Shown here piece by piece: positions 13,354 through 25,408 of a DNA stretch of 64,000 bases. The position numbers were made by a program, and so were the translations under genes. The DNA lies in the NCBI GenBank assembly GCA_965178125.1, contig OZ237742.1:372001-436000 (forward strand), in the 5' to 3' direction. The notes beneath the pieces were generated by a model, which saw only the letters and a program-made list of their open reading frames with translations, searched no databases and had not been told where the DNA came from. How positions within the stretch are numbered: the first letter of the stretch is position 1; the number at the start of each line of letters is the position of its first letter. This DNA is from Bilabrum cf. latius. Its lineage: Eukaryota.

Positions 13354-15110
13354 TCACGAGGCGACTGCCCTCGCCTCCACCTGCAGCCAGTCGAAGTCCC
13401 AAGTGTTCGGCATTCCCTCGTGAGGGATACCCGCATACTCGGGCAGGAAAGAAAAGGGCTTCTGCACCTGGTGCGTCGGCCCCGAGATGGCTCTGACTGG
13501 CAAGGTGGGATCGTCCAGCATGCCCGCCCTGTCGATGAGCTTCGCGTCGATGCCTCCAAATGCGTAGGGATGTCCAGTAATGTTGCCCGGGAGGTCGCAC
13601 CGCGCAGAGATGGCGTTGCAGGGCTTGTCGAGCGCGAGGGGGTCCGTGGTGTAGTTGTTCTGGTTCATGACCCGGCTGGCAGACAGCAGGTCAGAGATGC
13701 CTCTCTGGTCCCTGCCAAACATGCGGGCCCGCACGTCGGTAGTGTAGTTGAAGCCCGTGTTGTTGTAGCCAGAGTAATTGAAGATTTCCGGGAATTTCGG
13801 GATGTTAATGCTGTACAAGTAGGTGGTTGCCCTGAGGTCGGCCGTCGCATCCCTTGCGACGACCAAGCCAGGCATCTGCTCGAGCATCCAGGCGGTGCCG
13901 TCAGGCAGCTCCGCCGATGGTGACCCGGCACTCGCTGACCTTGGTAGTTGCTTGTAGTCCGTGACGATCCATTGGTTGTTGTGCGTGCCCGAGTTGTGCT
14001 TGGAGAAGAGGTCCGTCCACTGCTGGCTGCTGCTGCTGGCCCTGTTTGCGACCTGCACCCTGGCCCAGCACGGCACGCTGGCGGGTGTCAGTTTCTGGTA
14101 CGTGTCCTTGTTGAACACGGTCAATGATGTCTCGATCACGGTGAGGCCGGATCCCACTGCATAGAAATCGTCCTTGGAGTGTAGGTCGGCCGGCCTCGAG
14201 CTGAAGGAGACCCTGGAGCCAGGGTACTGCGCTGTTCCCTGGACCTGCTTCCCCCCGCTGAAATCGTACGTCTTGTATACTCGGAGCATGAACTGGTAGT
14301 CGTTGAAGGTGGTGTGGCCAGTGACGATGTCTCGCGCGGCGGGCACGTGCTTGACCAGGCCGCTGCAGTGCTGGCCCCGGTGAGCGAAAGCTCCGCTGCG
14401 GCTAGACTCCCACTCCGCCGTCTGATCGGATGGATACGCTCGTAAAAGGTCCTCTAGGTCACCAGCGTTGCTCAGCTGGTAGAACTCGTCCCAGCGCAGC
14501 TACTCATTTTCAGCGGCGGCTTGCTAGTAGCCGAGATACATGCCCTGCAACTGTGCCAAACTGACGTTCACATTCTGCCAATACGCATCACTAGGGTTCT
14601 CTTCGACCTGCGGCATGGAATAAAGCCTTTGTCAACCTGGAATCAGTACGCAGTCTATCGGTCTACCAGTTGTTCAAGACGCGTGAGCTCGACCGTGGGC
14701 ATGCGTCGTTGGGGTCGATGGCTCACCTGTCGTAACATCCAGCCCCACTGGTCCCGGACGAAATCAAGAGCTTTCGGAGGGGGCAGCGTTGAATTCTTGT
14801 AGAATGTCGCAGCAAAGTTCTTGAATGCCGCAAAGATGTGCGTCTGCGTTAGGATGCCCTCAGCAAAGCCCATCCCGAACGCAGCATCGCTAAGCAGCGC
14901 AGTCCCTTTGGCATCCCCGTGGAAGAATGTCCAACCAGTCGTTTCCAGGGAATCTGTAAAGTTGGCGCATGCTACGGCGGCTTCGTTTTTGCAACCATCA
15001 ACCAGGCTCCACCCGGGCGCACCTCCGGTTCTCTGGACCGACACCACTTTAGATACCGATGCAAATGCAGCACTTAACGAACATATAGTCACCACCAAGG
15101 CGACCCGCAT
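13354..15110 (-). CDS. Phospholipase B-like (PLBD/Ntn-hydrolase) lysosomal protein; exons 15110-14727 and 14607-13354
   Basis: Signal peptide MRVALVVTICSLSAAFA, LETTGW, GFAEGILT, nucleophile HCSGLVK, GHTTF, SKDDFY, NSGTHNNQW, AISARCDL, GGIDAK. Intron 14608-14726 (GTGAGC...CGCAG). TAGs at 14524 and 14500; ends TGA. Confidence 0.92.
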
Positions 15111-15234
15111 GCTTAAAACTAAGCAAGCGGAATTTTGATACCTTGCGATCAGGTGCTTGCAGTTGCACGCAAGGCTGCGATCGTTCCGGTAGCGGAACCT
15201 CAATCTGGCGCGGCGCCAATGCTCCTCGCCCGGC

Positions 15235-17634
15235 ATGAGCTCACAACAAGCACACCAACAGTACCAAGCAGGCCTATTCCAGATGTCATCGAAAGAGGAC
15301 ATCAAGAAGATCATCAAGAGCTTAGCACGGCAGGGGAACTTTGATGAGATCGAGTCTCGATTCGGCGCGACAAAGAGAGCAAAGGCGATGGCATGGGCAG
15401 CCAAGAAGGATTCTGCCTAGAAATCCAAGAGAACTGCAGCAGCAGCAGCAGATGCAACGCCAGAAAAGAAGGATTCATCTTCTTCCAGCTCTAGTGCGCA
15501 AGCTGGATCAAGCTCATCTGCGGCTTCGACGTACGAGGGAGGGGCAGCTGCAGGCAAGCCGAGCATGAAAGCAGTTGCTCGCAAGCTGAAATTCGATGCT
15601 GAGGAGTCGCCTGGGAAGACAGCACCCTCTGAAAACTCAAAATCATCCAAACCATAGATGAAGATCGCAAGGAAGCTTAAGAAGAGCAAGCACAAGGTCC
15701 CCAAGAGCGGCAGGAAGCGTCCCCTCAGCGCGTACATGCTGTTCACTCAAGCTGTCAGAGGCCGGGTGAAGAGCGAACACCCAGAGGCCAGCATCACTGA
15801 CCTTGCAAAGCTGATGGGAGAAGAATGGAGATCAATGGGAGAGGCAGACAAGGCTGGTTACCAGAGCAAAGCCAAGGAGCTCAAGGACGCGTACGACGCA
15901 GCAGTCGCGGCTGATGCTGGGCCTGGAGCCTCTTCAGCGCTCGCAGGCAAGCGGAAGAGAGAAAACGAGAAGGGAGTGTCATCAACTAAGAAGAGGAAGA
16001 AGGTTTCGGTGGCATCAGAGAGCGCAGCGAGCGTGGAGCTGGTGAAGGTGCATCCCAACGGGCTCCGCGAGATGTCGGACGGCCGGATTCTCGACGACGA
16101 AGGTGAGCTCCACTTCGCGAGCGAAGTTGACGCCAAGCCCCGGATCGAGACTACTCCAGACTTGACAAAGTTTGACATGGAGGCGGGAGTGAAAGCGGTG
16201 CTTGTGCTTCCTGCCGTGGAGGAGTTCCTGGAGGCTGCCAAGGTCGTGGCCAAGGAGGACACGCTAGCCTGCGTGTCTGCTGCAGAGGTGGAGAGCTTCC
16301 CCTCCCTGGCGTCCAACGGAATGTTGGATGCAACTTGCACCGCTATCAAGGACTGCGACGATGGTAGCTGGAAGCAGGCAACCTTTGAGTTCGCCTCGAG
16401 CGGCGCAGAGGCCGAGGCGAGCGCGGGCCAAGCAGCCTCCGGAGCCGGGAGCCACACCACCAAGACCATCACGCTGCCGTGGCTGAGCGCATAGGACGAC
16501 TCCATGAGCTTTGTTCCCTACGTCCTAACACAGGCAGCCTTCGAGGACTCTGTGAAGGAGGACGTGCGCCCGGGCAGCCAGATCTCGGCCGACTTCATCG
16601 AGGCAAGCAGCGGTAGTGAAGAGAAGTGGGTCATGTACGAGGGACGAGTGTACCACGTGGGCAGCTGCTCTGACGGAGTCTGCAAAAAGTACAAGAACTG
16701 CCCCTACAAGTCCCTGTCGGTCGTGTGGTACTACCAGAGCATCTCGAAGGACAGCTGGGTGCTGGACGAGCAGCAGCTCGACAACCTCATGTCCCCCTGG
16801 GACGTTCGGCTGTCGAGCGAATTCGTCCGCAGGCCCAACGTGCACGCCTACGCGGACGTACCCATTCCCACTTTGGGTGCTGCTGACCAAGTCATCGCCT
16901 ACATGCGGCGGTGCGAGTTCGGGCAGTACTTCTGGGACGACCCAACGAAGGACGACGACGACTACGCGGCGAGGATCAAGCACCCCATGTGCCTTCGCAC
17001 GATGATCCGGAAGCACAGGAAGGGCGAGTACGACGGATCCAAGATCTCCAAGCTGTGGGAGGACCTGCTGCTGGTAGTGAAGAACACGAGGAAGTACTAT
17101 GACGGCAACCGGGTCGAGTACCGCATGGCGGACATGCTGTATCGTGAGGTACGGAGCATCAAGAAGGCCTTCAAGCCGGGGTAGGGCTCCATCAAGGCAG
17201 CCAAGGCTGCTGTGCCCAGAGTGAACCCGTGGGTCAAGGTGGGGTCGGAAGGCGGCAAGCCGCGGCGCAGGGCGGCCAGCGGCTACGGCAGCGACGAGGA
17301 CGCGCCGCGCCGCCGCAGGTCCAAGAAAATCAAGGAGGCGGCGGAAGCGCCTCCCACCGTCCTGAGGAGCAAGCGCGGCTCAGCCGCACAAGCAGCCCTG
17401 CGAATGCGGGCCAAGGCGCTGCAGGACCAGGGCCTGACCGAGGAAGAGGCATCGGCATCGACCAGCCTGAAGGCTGCCGAGGAAGTCGAGCCAGCGCCGA
17501 GCCAGGCCGCAGCTGCCTCATCCTCATCGTCCTCCGCAGCGGCTGCGAGCTCACAGCCTGATGGCTCGGTAGCAATGGACGACGGTGACTCTGAGGCAGG
17601 CAGCCTCTCATCCTCTGCTCCGATGGAGGACTGA
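15235..17634 (+). CDS. Chromatin protein with an HMG box, a PHIP/BRWD-like ancillary region and a bromodomain, ~799 aa
   Basis: HMG box KRPLSAYMLF...LAKLMGEEWRSM...KAGY; PYKSLSVVWY...MSPWDV; bromodomain DYAARIKHPMCLRTM...LWEDLLLVVKNTRKYY. Joined across 4 TAGs (15418, 15655, 16492, 17182); ends TGA. Start could be 15283. Confidence 0.85.
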
Positions 17635-17988
17635 AGCAGTCGGCCGGTACACCTACCTGGGAACTGCAGCTTGCTCACATACTGACTGCAATGAACCTAT
17701 CGTGCAATTTTGAACTTAACCATTGAAGAATCGTGTCTCAGCAACACAACTAACACAGAAATCAGATAGACGTTCTGCGCAGAGCGGCAGGCCTCGGCGG
17801 GGGGATGCAGCTGGCCCAATGCGAGTGCAAATGGGCCGGCCAACCTGATCGACGAATCGAAGCAGGCTGGGGCAATCCCCGCGAGGCGAGCCGCATCGGG
17901 CGAAACGAAACCCACGCACACTGAGCAATTGCGCGAGCATGGGCACGGGAGATGGAACGCTGCAGGGCACGCGCGGCGAGGGGGCCTC

Positions 17989-19803
17989 TTAGCTGGTGCT
18001 GGGCTCTGCTCCCTAGGCGGCGGCAGCAGCTCCGGAGGGCTCGCGGCGCTTGTAGTGTACCACAGTTTGCTCCTTTTTCGGCGGCACCACAAGGCTCTCG
18101 TAGCACGCTTCCGGGAGCTTGTCTGAGGTGTAGGACATCTCGAACTGCCTGAGCACCGTGCTGATGATGGTCTTGACCTGGAGCTCTCCGAACTTCATGC
18201 CGCGGCACTTGTGCGTGCCGTGCCCGAAACCGATGTAGCTCAGCTTGAAGCGCTTGTCATTTTGCTCCTCGCGCGGGGCCATGAATCGCTCGGGCTCGAA
18301 TGACAGTGGCCTCTTGAAGGGCGAGTACTTGCCCTCTGGCAGCCTCTGCCCCGCCGCAGGGCACGCCACCATGATGTCTCCCTTGGGGATCACGTACTTG
18401 GTGCCCAGCACCTCCACGTCGATGTCCGCCAGGGCCTTGCGCATGAGGAAGATCAGCGGCGGGTGCAGGCGGGTCGTCTCCAGCACGCACGCGTTCAAGT
18501 AGGTCATCTGGTCGAGCTTGGCCGTGGTAAGGTCTCCGGACAGGTCCTCGCCCAGCAGCCGCCTCTGCTCCTCCATGACCTTGGCCAGGATCTCGGGGTT
18601 GTACAGGATATTGATCAGCGCCCAGGTGGTGGTCACAGAGCTCGTGTGCTGCCCCGCGAAGAGCAGCGCGGTCATGAGGCCGGTGATCTCCTCAGGCGTG
18701 TACGACACGCCGCCCCTGTACCTCGCGTCGATGAACTTGTCCAGCACGTCCCCGTGCTTCTCGCCGGAGCTCCTGCGCTTGTTGATCACCTTGGAGAAGA
18801 GCTTGATCATGCCCTGCCTCGCCCTGTCCCGCTTGGCATGCGCGGCGGTGGGCGCAGTGGGCCAGAAGAAGGACAGGGGGGTGATGCCTGCGTCGATTTC
18901 GGTGAAGAGCTTGGCCACCTGGGAGTGCATCTGGGTGTGGATCTCCTTGCCCATGAGGCACCTGCTCGCCGTCAGGATGATCAGATCAGCGACGGAGGTC
19001 AGGAACTCCACGTTGCCCTCCTTGGCGGCCCACCTCTCCTTGAAGAACTTCTGGGCCTCGTCCACGATCTGGGGCACGTACGACTCCAGGGAGCGGGTGG
19101 ACAGCACGTCTGCCATGAGGTTCATCTGCTGCTCGCGCACCGGCAGAGGGGCATCGTACACCACGTTCGGGCCGAATACCGGGGTCATGAAGCTGTACCT
19201 GCGGATACCAAGCGAAGCGGCAGGCACTCATGAGAGCAGGTTTGGCGCAACCACGGATCCAAGCAACGGCATTCACCGGGTGCAATTCCGGCAAACCATA
19301 CAAAGAAGTAATACAGAGCTGCAATGAAGCCCTCACACGCTATTCTGATCGACGCGGTCGTCCTTCTCGTTGAAAAACGGTCCGTGGGCGGTGGGTCCAA
19401 CCATGAAAGTCATATTCTGGCCAAAGACCTTGATGGTGAACAGGCTCTTGCACTCCTTGAATCCATCGACTACACAACCAACTGGATCTCCCGCGAACTT
19501 GGCGAAAGAGGAGATAAGCGGAATGCTACCAGGCCGATGGACTGGCGGCGCTCCTGCCGGTCTAGGGGCGTACTCCAGGTACAACACAACAAGCAGGCTG
19601 CGAACGTGGGGACATAGACGTTAGCATACCATACAGAAACTATTGCGGGACGAATGAACATAGAGTGGCCAAGCTTTGGAGGAGACACGGTGGCGATTGC
19701 CGGCACGAACAACTCACAGGATCCCGGCTGCTGCGGTACAAGCAGCGGCCCAGAGAGGCATTACCTGCTCGATCTGGGCTAAAACATCATTCAATTGGTC
19801 CAT
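17989..19803 (-). CDS. CYP51: Sterol 14-alpha-demethylase; exons 19803-19718, 19597-19337, 19198-17989
   Basis: N-terminal TM anchor, YSFMTPVFGPNVVYD, ALLFAGQHTSSVT, ETTRLHPPL, PERF, FGHGTHKCRG. Introns 19598-19717 and 19199-19336 (GTGAG...GCAG) restore the frame. TAG at 18013, then TAA at 17989. Confidence 0.95.
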
Positions 19804-19955
19804 GCTGGCCGACAAAGCAGATCAATGCCTGGCTTCGAGAAAACCGGGCCCTTTTCTCCCAAACTGCCGCATGGACATAATGCGCGGCGCCGAGGAACTC
19901 GCCGTTTGCGGAACCCACAAGCAGAGCTGGATTTTGGACACTCTTGCAGCTTGCC

Positions 19956-21784
19956 ATGGAGGTAAACACCGCTTTGGATGCCATCCAAGGCATCATGTAG
20001 CATCCAGTCTACAGCTGGATTGCGGTAGTTGTTTTGTTTGTAGCCGTGTTTGTGACCGCGACGATCATCAGGGATGCCGTCAACTCTTCAAAGATTGATT
20101 GTGACGGTCCTCCGGGCTATCCTATCGTCGGGCACATACCGTACTTGCTGTCGGAGCCTTGGGTGTAGTTCTTTAGGTTCTACCAGAAGTATGGCGGTGT
20201 TTTCAAAGTGTGAGGCCCGTACGAAGCACCGCCGCAACCAAAGACTCGTCGTCGATCCGCACTCCATCGCTGCCTGCGGTACCAAGGGCATTGACAACCA
20301 GCCATATTTTGCGTCCCCGCAGATTTGTATGGGGAAATCCGTTCGTTGTGGTCTCTGACCCCAAGCTGTTCAAGCTCATTTTTGGCGCGGCGACCTTCAA
20401 GCGGTTCGCCAAGGACCAGTGGTCGTATGCTTTCTTCAAGCCCATCCTGGGCCGAGGACTGGTCACGTCGCATGGCAAGGCCTGGCGCAAGCGAAAGACA
20501 GCCATCTCGCCGCACCTCGCTCCGGTGCAGATGAACGAGATGATGCCGGTGTTCAACTCGGCCGCCGGCCGGCTCTGCCACGCGTGGCGGCAGGGCACCA
20601 AGCGCGCCGAGCTGGACCACACCTTCCGCAAGGTCACTCTCGAGGTCATCTCCGAGATCACGCTCGGGTGGTCCCCGGAGAAGGCCGCCGTGTTCCCCAC
20701 GCTGTTCTCCAACATCATCGACGAGCTGAACCAGCGCATGTTCCAGCCGTGGCGGGCCTACATGCCCCTGGAGTGGACCCACCAGAAGAGGCTCAGAGAC
20801 CTCAACGAGCTCGTGGAGCAGATCATCCAGGGCAGGAAGGACGAGTATACCAAGGCAGGCTACGCCAAGGCGCTCGTCACACGGCAGAAGGCCGGCGAGA
20901 ACACCGCGGAGGTTGCCGACTTGCACCCCCCGCTGAACGGCCGCAAGAGCGCCGACATTCTGGACGCACTCCTGCACGCGGACTTCAACATGCCCAGGGA
21001 ACAAGTCAGCGACGAGCTGAAGACGATGCTGCTGGCGGGCCACGAGACGAGCAGCATGATGCTCACCTGGGCGCTCTTCTTGCTCATCAAGAATCCCAAG
21101 GAGATGGCCAAGGCCAGGGCCGCCGTGGACGCAGTGTGCCAGGATAAAGAGAGGTTCGGGGCGGAGGGGGCGCCCTGCGGGGGTGAGATCCCGTTCGTGC
21201 GCGATGACGTGTCCCGCATGGCCTTCCTCAACTGGGCTCTGCAGGAGGGGATGAGGGTGTACGTGCCTGTGCCCACGCTAGCGCGCATCACCACGCAGGA
21301 GGAAGATTTCAACGGACACAAGATCCCTGCCAACACTCAGATCCTCCTCTCGGTGCTATCTACACACAGGGACCCCAAGATTTGGGGCCCTAGCGTGATG
21401 GACTTCCGGCCGGAGCGAATGGCACCGGAGAAGCAGCAGCCCGAGGAGCTCAAGATCCAGCCAGAGTTCCGCAGGCTGAGAGAGTACTGCTTCCTGCCGT
21501 TCAGTGTGGGGCCCCGGGACTGCATCGGTCGTCACCTCGCCGTGCACGAGGGTGTGGTGATCCTGGCGCACCTGCTGCACAACTTCGACTTCGAGCTGGC
21601 CGAGGAGCAGACCTCCGACGTGAGCATGGACTGCTACATCATCCCGGTGAGGCCAGAGGGAGGCATTTACATCAAGGTATTGCCAAGGAAGCGCGCGGCC
21701 CAGCAGGGGGAGGCGGCTGCCAAGGCGGCTGATGCCAGCGGGGTGCAACGCGGCGGGGCAGCAGCAGCCGCCGCTAGCTTGTGA
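19956..21784 (+). CDS. Cytochrome P450 (CYP4/CYP97-clan-like, reminiscent of algal CYP745); exons 19956-20209 and 20323-21784
   Basis: gccATGg start, TM anchor, GPPGYPIVGHIP hinge, LLAGHETSS, EGMR, PER, PFSVGPRDCIG. Intron 20210-20322 (GTGAGG...CGCAG). TAGs at 19998 and 20166; ends TGA. Subfamily is tentative. Confidence 0.92.
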
Positions 21785-22319
21785 GCGCCGGCGGTTAGCG
21801 ACCGGAAGAGGGGCCAACTACATACTGTGCTGTACTATGGTATGCCTATGGTATGGTCGAGTGTTTGCCCTCTGGTGGGTAAAGTGTGAGTTTGCGTGAA
21901 GCCTGCGAGGTGCCCTCGTGTTGAGATCTCGCCTACGTGCCGGAGTGATGCATGGCTGTTGCTAAGCTGTTTCGGCACCCGGTCCGCCTGGGCCCTTGCC
22001 CCGTGCTCGCCCGCCTGCCACCACAATGCGCCCCTCGCCCCCCGCCCGGCATTCCGGCGCTGGTTGGTTGAGGCGTGCAGGTGCAGGAGGGCAGCACAAT
22101 GGCTGGACTGTCTGTGATGACGAATTGAATGAACCATATGGTTCTATAGAGATCTGCTGAATCTAAATGCAACTGCATTGGGATACGAACAGCAAATGCG
22201 CGCAGCTCGTCCACCTTGGCCGACGACGCGGCGCGCACCATAGCCGAATCGCTGTCGGTGATCTATCACAGTGCACCGCATGCCTCGGGCACTAAGCTGA
22301 CAGCTATGCACAGATCGCA

Positions 22320-23156
22320 TCAGTTGTGATACTCCACGGAGACAGAGGCGGGGTCGGTCCCCCCTTGCTGCGCGGGGTGCCCCCGGCTGCCGGCTTGCTT
22401 GTCGAGCAGTCCCTGGGACTCGTTGGCCCCGACTACCTTGAGCTTAGGGGCGGGCTGCACGCTGGTGGGGACCAGGTACAGCCGAGCGATGGTCAGGAGG
22501 ATAATGAGCACCACCAGGACGATCACGGCGGCCTCGGTGCCTTTGGCTGTCTCGCCCCACCACATTTTGGCGCCTATGGCTACGTTGATCGTTCCGAAAA
22601 GCCAGGCGAACTGGCCGAAATATCCGTGCAGCCACGCTCCGGGGAGCACATCACCATCTGCCTGGCCAGTGCTCTTGATGGCGAGCTTGGCTAGCCCGAA
22701 CATGGACACGGCGAAGCTGGCAGCAATTGCGGTCCACCCAATGATGACATGCGCCCTGGCTACCGTCTCCTTCTCCGTGCCCGCCATTACCTCCGTCAGC
22801 TTCAGCGAAAAAGGGTCCGCGGCATACTAGTAGTGATCAGCCACAATGGCACCAATACCAGATGCAGCCATAATCACGGCGCAAATATGCAAGAGCCCGT
22901 GGATGGCTCTCCGGTCGCCTCGAGTTTTCAGGAAGCCGCAGCCGATAAAATCAGCCTTGTACGCGGAAACCCCGTTAGTCATGAAAAGTCCGAATGCAGC
23001 TGTTAGCATGATCGGGTGCCATGCCCCTGGCGTGTTGTAGTCTGGCTTTTCTGCCACTTTGTTTGTCACCACGATGAATAGCACGATGGAGAGAGCTATG
23101 ATCAAGCTCGTGACCGCAGTGCTCACTACCTACTGTGTGAAACTAAGGGCTGGCAT
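22320..23156 (-). CDS. Cytochrome b561-family transmembrane reductase, ~278 aa
   Basis: Six hydrophobic segments with heme His motifs WHPIML, IHGLLH, AHVIIG, LHGYFG. TAGs at 23130 and 22827, the second splitting the domain between His ligands; ends TGA. Confidence 0.85.
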
Positions 23157-23492
23157 ATCAAGTGGATGTTTTGCGCAGGTCTACCTAACTTTCAGGCTTG
23201 TCTTCTAAGCAGCTGCACGATTGGTTTGCGTGCCACGTCACGACGATGGGAACCCCGTCATCATCAGTGTGACGATCATCACGGCACGCAGACCATGCAC
23301 GCCCCACAAGAGCCTACGACTTGAGCGCTTACCGGCATACTTGCAACACATCATGTACACAAGAATTTAACGTGCAGATACAGCTGCGCACGATGCGCCG
23401 CAACTTGACGCCATGCCATTCCAGTGGGGGGAAGTACCCCCACCCCCATCGCATGGTGGAGAGATCTCAAACGCCGTCAGCGCGCTGTGCCC

Positions 23493-25184
23493 TCACCCCC
23501 TTCCCGCTCCCTCTTGGCTGTTAACCGCTACGTCACTTAGGACCTAGCGAGTCTCCCTACCCAACTCCCCTTGTCTCGAACTGCCCTGCCCGCCACCTGG
23601 GGTCCCCTGCCCCTGCCCCTGCCGCTGCCCATACACGAGGGCCGCAAACCCCGCAAACGACGCGGCGAACACGCCGGCGAGCATCCACACCTGCACCGGC
23701 GTGCCCCTCGTACCACCGTTTCGGAGCAAAGGGGCAGGCACCTGCAGCAAAAAGCCCACTGCGCTCCCCACGTTGTTCAGGAACTGAAACACGGCAAACA
23801 CGTCCACGGACACGGCCCCGCCCTCGACCCCCTCGGGTCCATCCGACTTCCTCACAGTGGTATCGCCGCCCTCTCCACTCGCCACGCGCTGTTCCCCACC
23901 GGCACCCCCATCTTCCTTGGGGAACACGTCTCCGATCACCGCGAGGCACTGCGTGTAGAGACCCGAGTCGCCCAGCCCGAAGCACAGCGCGGCTGCGAAC
24001 AGACCCAGCGCCGTCTCGCCCAGCACGGGGCCAAGGCTGTGCGCCGTGCGGGTCACCTCTCCGGACTCGGAGTCGAATTCCACCTCCGCCCTCGCGACCA
24101 TAACGAGCACCAGCCCAGTGCAGTACAGCCCGGACGCAAGGCCCACCACGAACAGCCTCCCGATCCGATCCGAGAGCCACCCGAAGATGAGCCCGCCCAG
24201 CACCTCCCCCACACCCACCACCGTGGCGGTCAGCGGCACGTCGTGCTTGGAGATCACCTGCGGAAACTCCCCGGACCAAAAAGCCAGCTCCCAGCCGGTT
24301 AGGAAGAACAGGGGTGCGAGCAGCCGTACCCTCCAGTCCGAAACGGCGGTGCTCGTCGCCCTCGCGATGCCCCGCCACACGATCAGCCAGAAACCGTCCG
24401 AGCCATCCCGAGACAGAGCCGAGGATGGACCCGCCCCCGACGGTGCAGTGCCGTCGTCGCCTGCTGGGACCAGCGTATCTCTGTCTCCATCTCCAGTGCC
24501 ACTGCCAGTGCCAGTGCCATTGCCAGTGCTGGCCAGCAGGGGCGCGCTGGCACTGGCCTCGTCCTGGGGGATCGACGGGGTGGCACCGGGGGGACCTGCC
24601 TCGGACTTCGCATCGTCGCTGTCTGGCCGCAAGAAAGCAACCAAGAGCGTCCCGGCAGCTCCGAACGCCGTAAACATGACGAAGAGAGACGAAGATGCCT
24701 TTAGGTGGGGCAGCACGGAGTAGGTTAGCAGTGGACCCAGGACTCCGTTCACCTGGAACACAGACCAGAACACCCCGTTTGCTACACCAAGCGATATTGT
24801 ACCTCTCGCTGCATCCGCTATTTTCTGACCAACCGCCACCCACAGTACCCCGCTGCCGCTGCCGATCACGACTGATGCCGCCACAACGACCCAGTAGTTT
24901 ATCTTGATGAGGCTGGCCTCGAAGACGACGTAAGTAGCAAGCCCAACAACAATAGACCATTTGAGACCAATTCTGTCGGCAATACCAGGCGACAGCCACA
25001 CGCCGATGGCAACCGTAGCGTACAGAATCCCGAGTGAGACGCTACCGAGGTTGCCGGGCAAAAAAGAAGTGGCCAGGCTCTAGATTGTATTGTACGCTGA
25101 AAATGCGACAAGAAACGACACACTGATCAATGAAATATCGTACCATGACCCCGATTGCCCAGAAAGACACCCATCTCGGGCCAT
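23493..25184 (-). CDS. UNC93-like MFS membrane protein, ~563 aa
   Basis: SFLVAFSAYNTI*SLATS...GSVSLGILY, GSGVLWVAVG, ANGVFWSVFQ, LFFLTGWELAFWSGEFP, GWLSDRIGR. TAGs at 25080 and 23544; TGA at 23493. Confidence 0.88.
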
Positions 25185-25408
25185 ATTATGCGAATTCTGC
25201 GATCACTTCTAGTAAAACTACCCCCTGGGATGATGGGTGGAGGTGGGCAACCACCGCCACTTAGTGTAGTAAACCAATGTAACCTAGAATGAGCCCCTTT
25301 GCTCGATTTTGCGAGTCACCGAACGTTCGTTTTGCGGTGGTAGCGAGGTTCGGCAGTGAATTGGAACTTGCCCAGCGCATACCGTCCGATTGTTTGGTAC
25401 ACAGCGGC

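Noticed and set aside
19871-20007. Alternative P450 start at 19871 with a 46-nt intron
   Set aside because: ATG 19956 in a gccATGg context reads directly into the TM anchor through TAG 19998 without needing an atypically short intron.
23223-23294. SECIS element or canonical C/D snoRNA
   Set aside because: It lacks the apical AA and quartet geometry and has no terminal CTGA. The adjacent genes have no in-frame TGA. Kept only as an unexplained hairpin.
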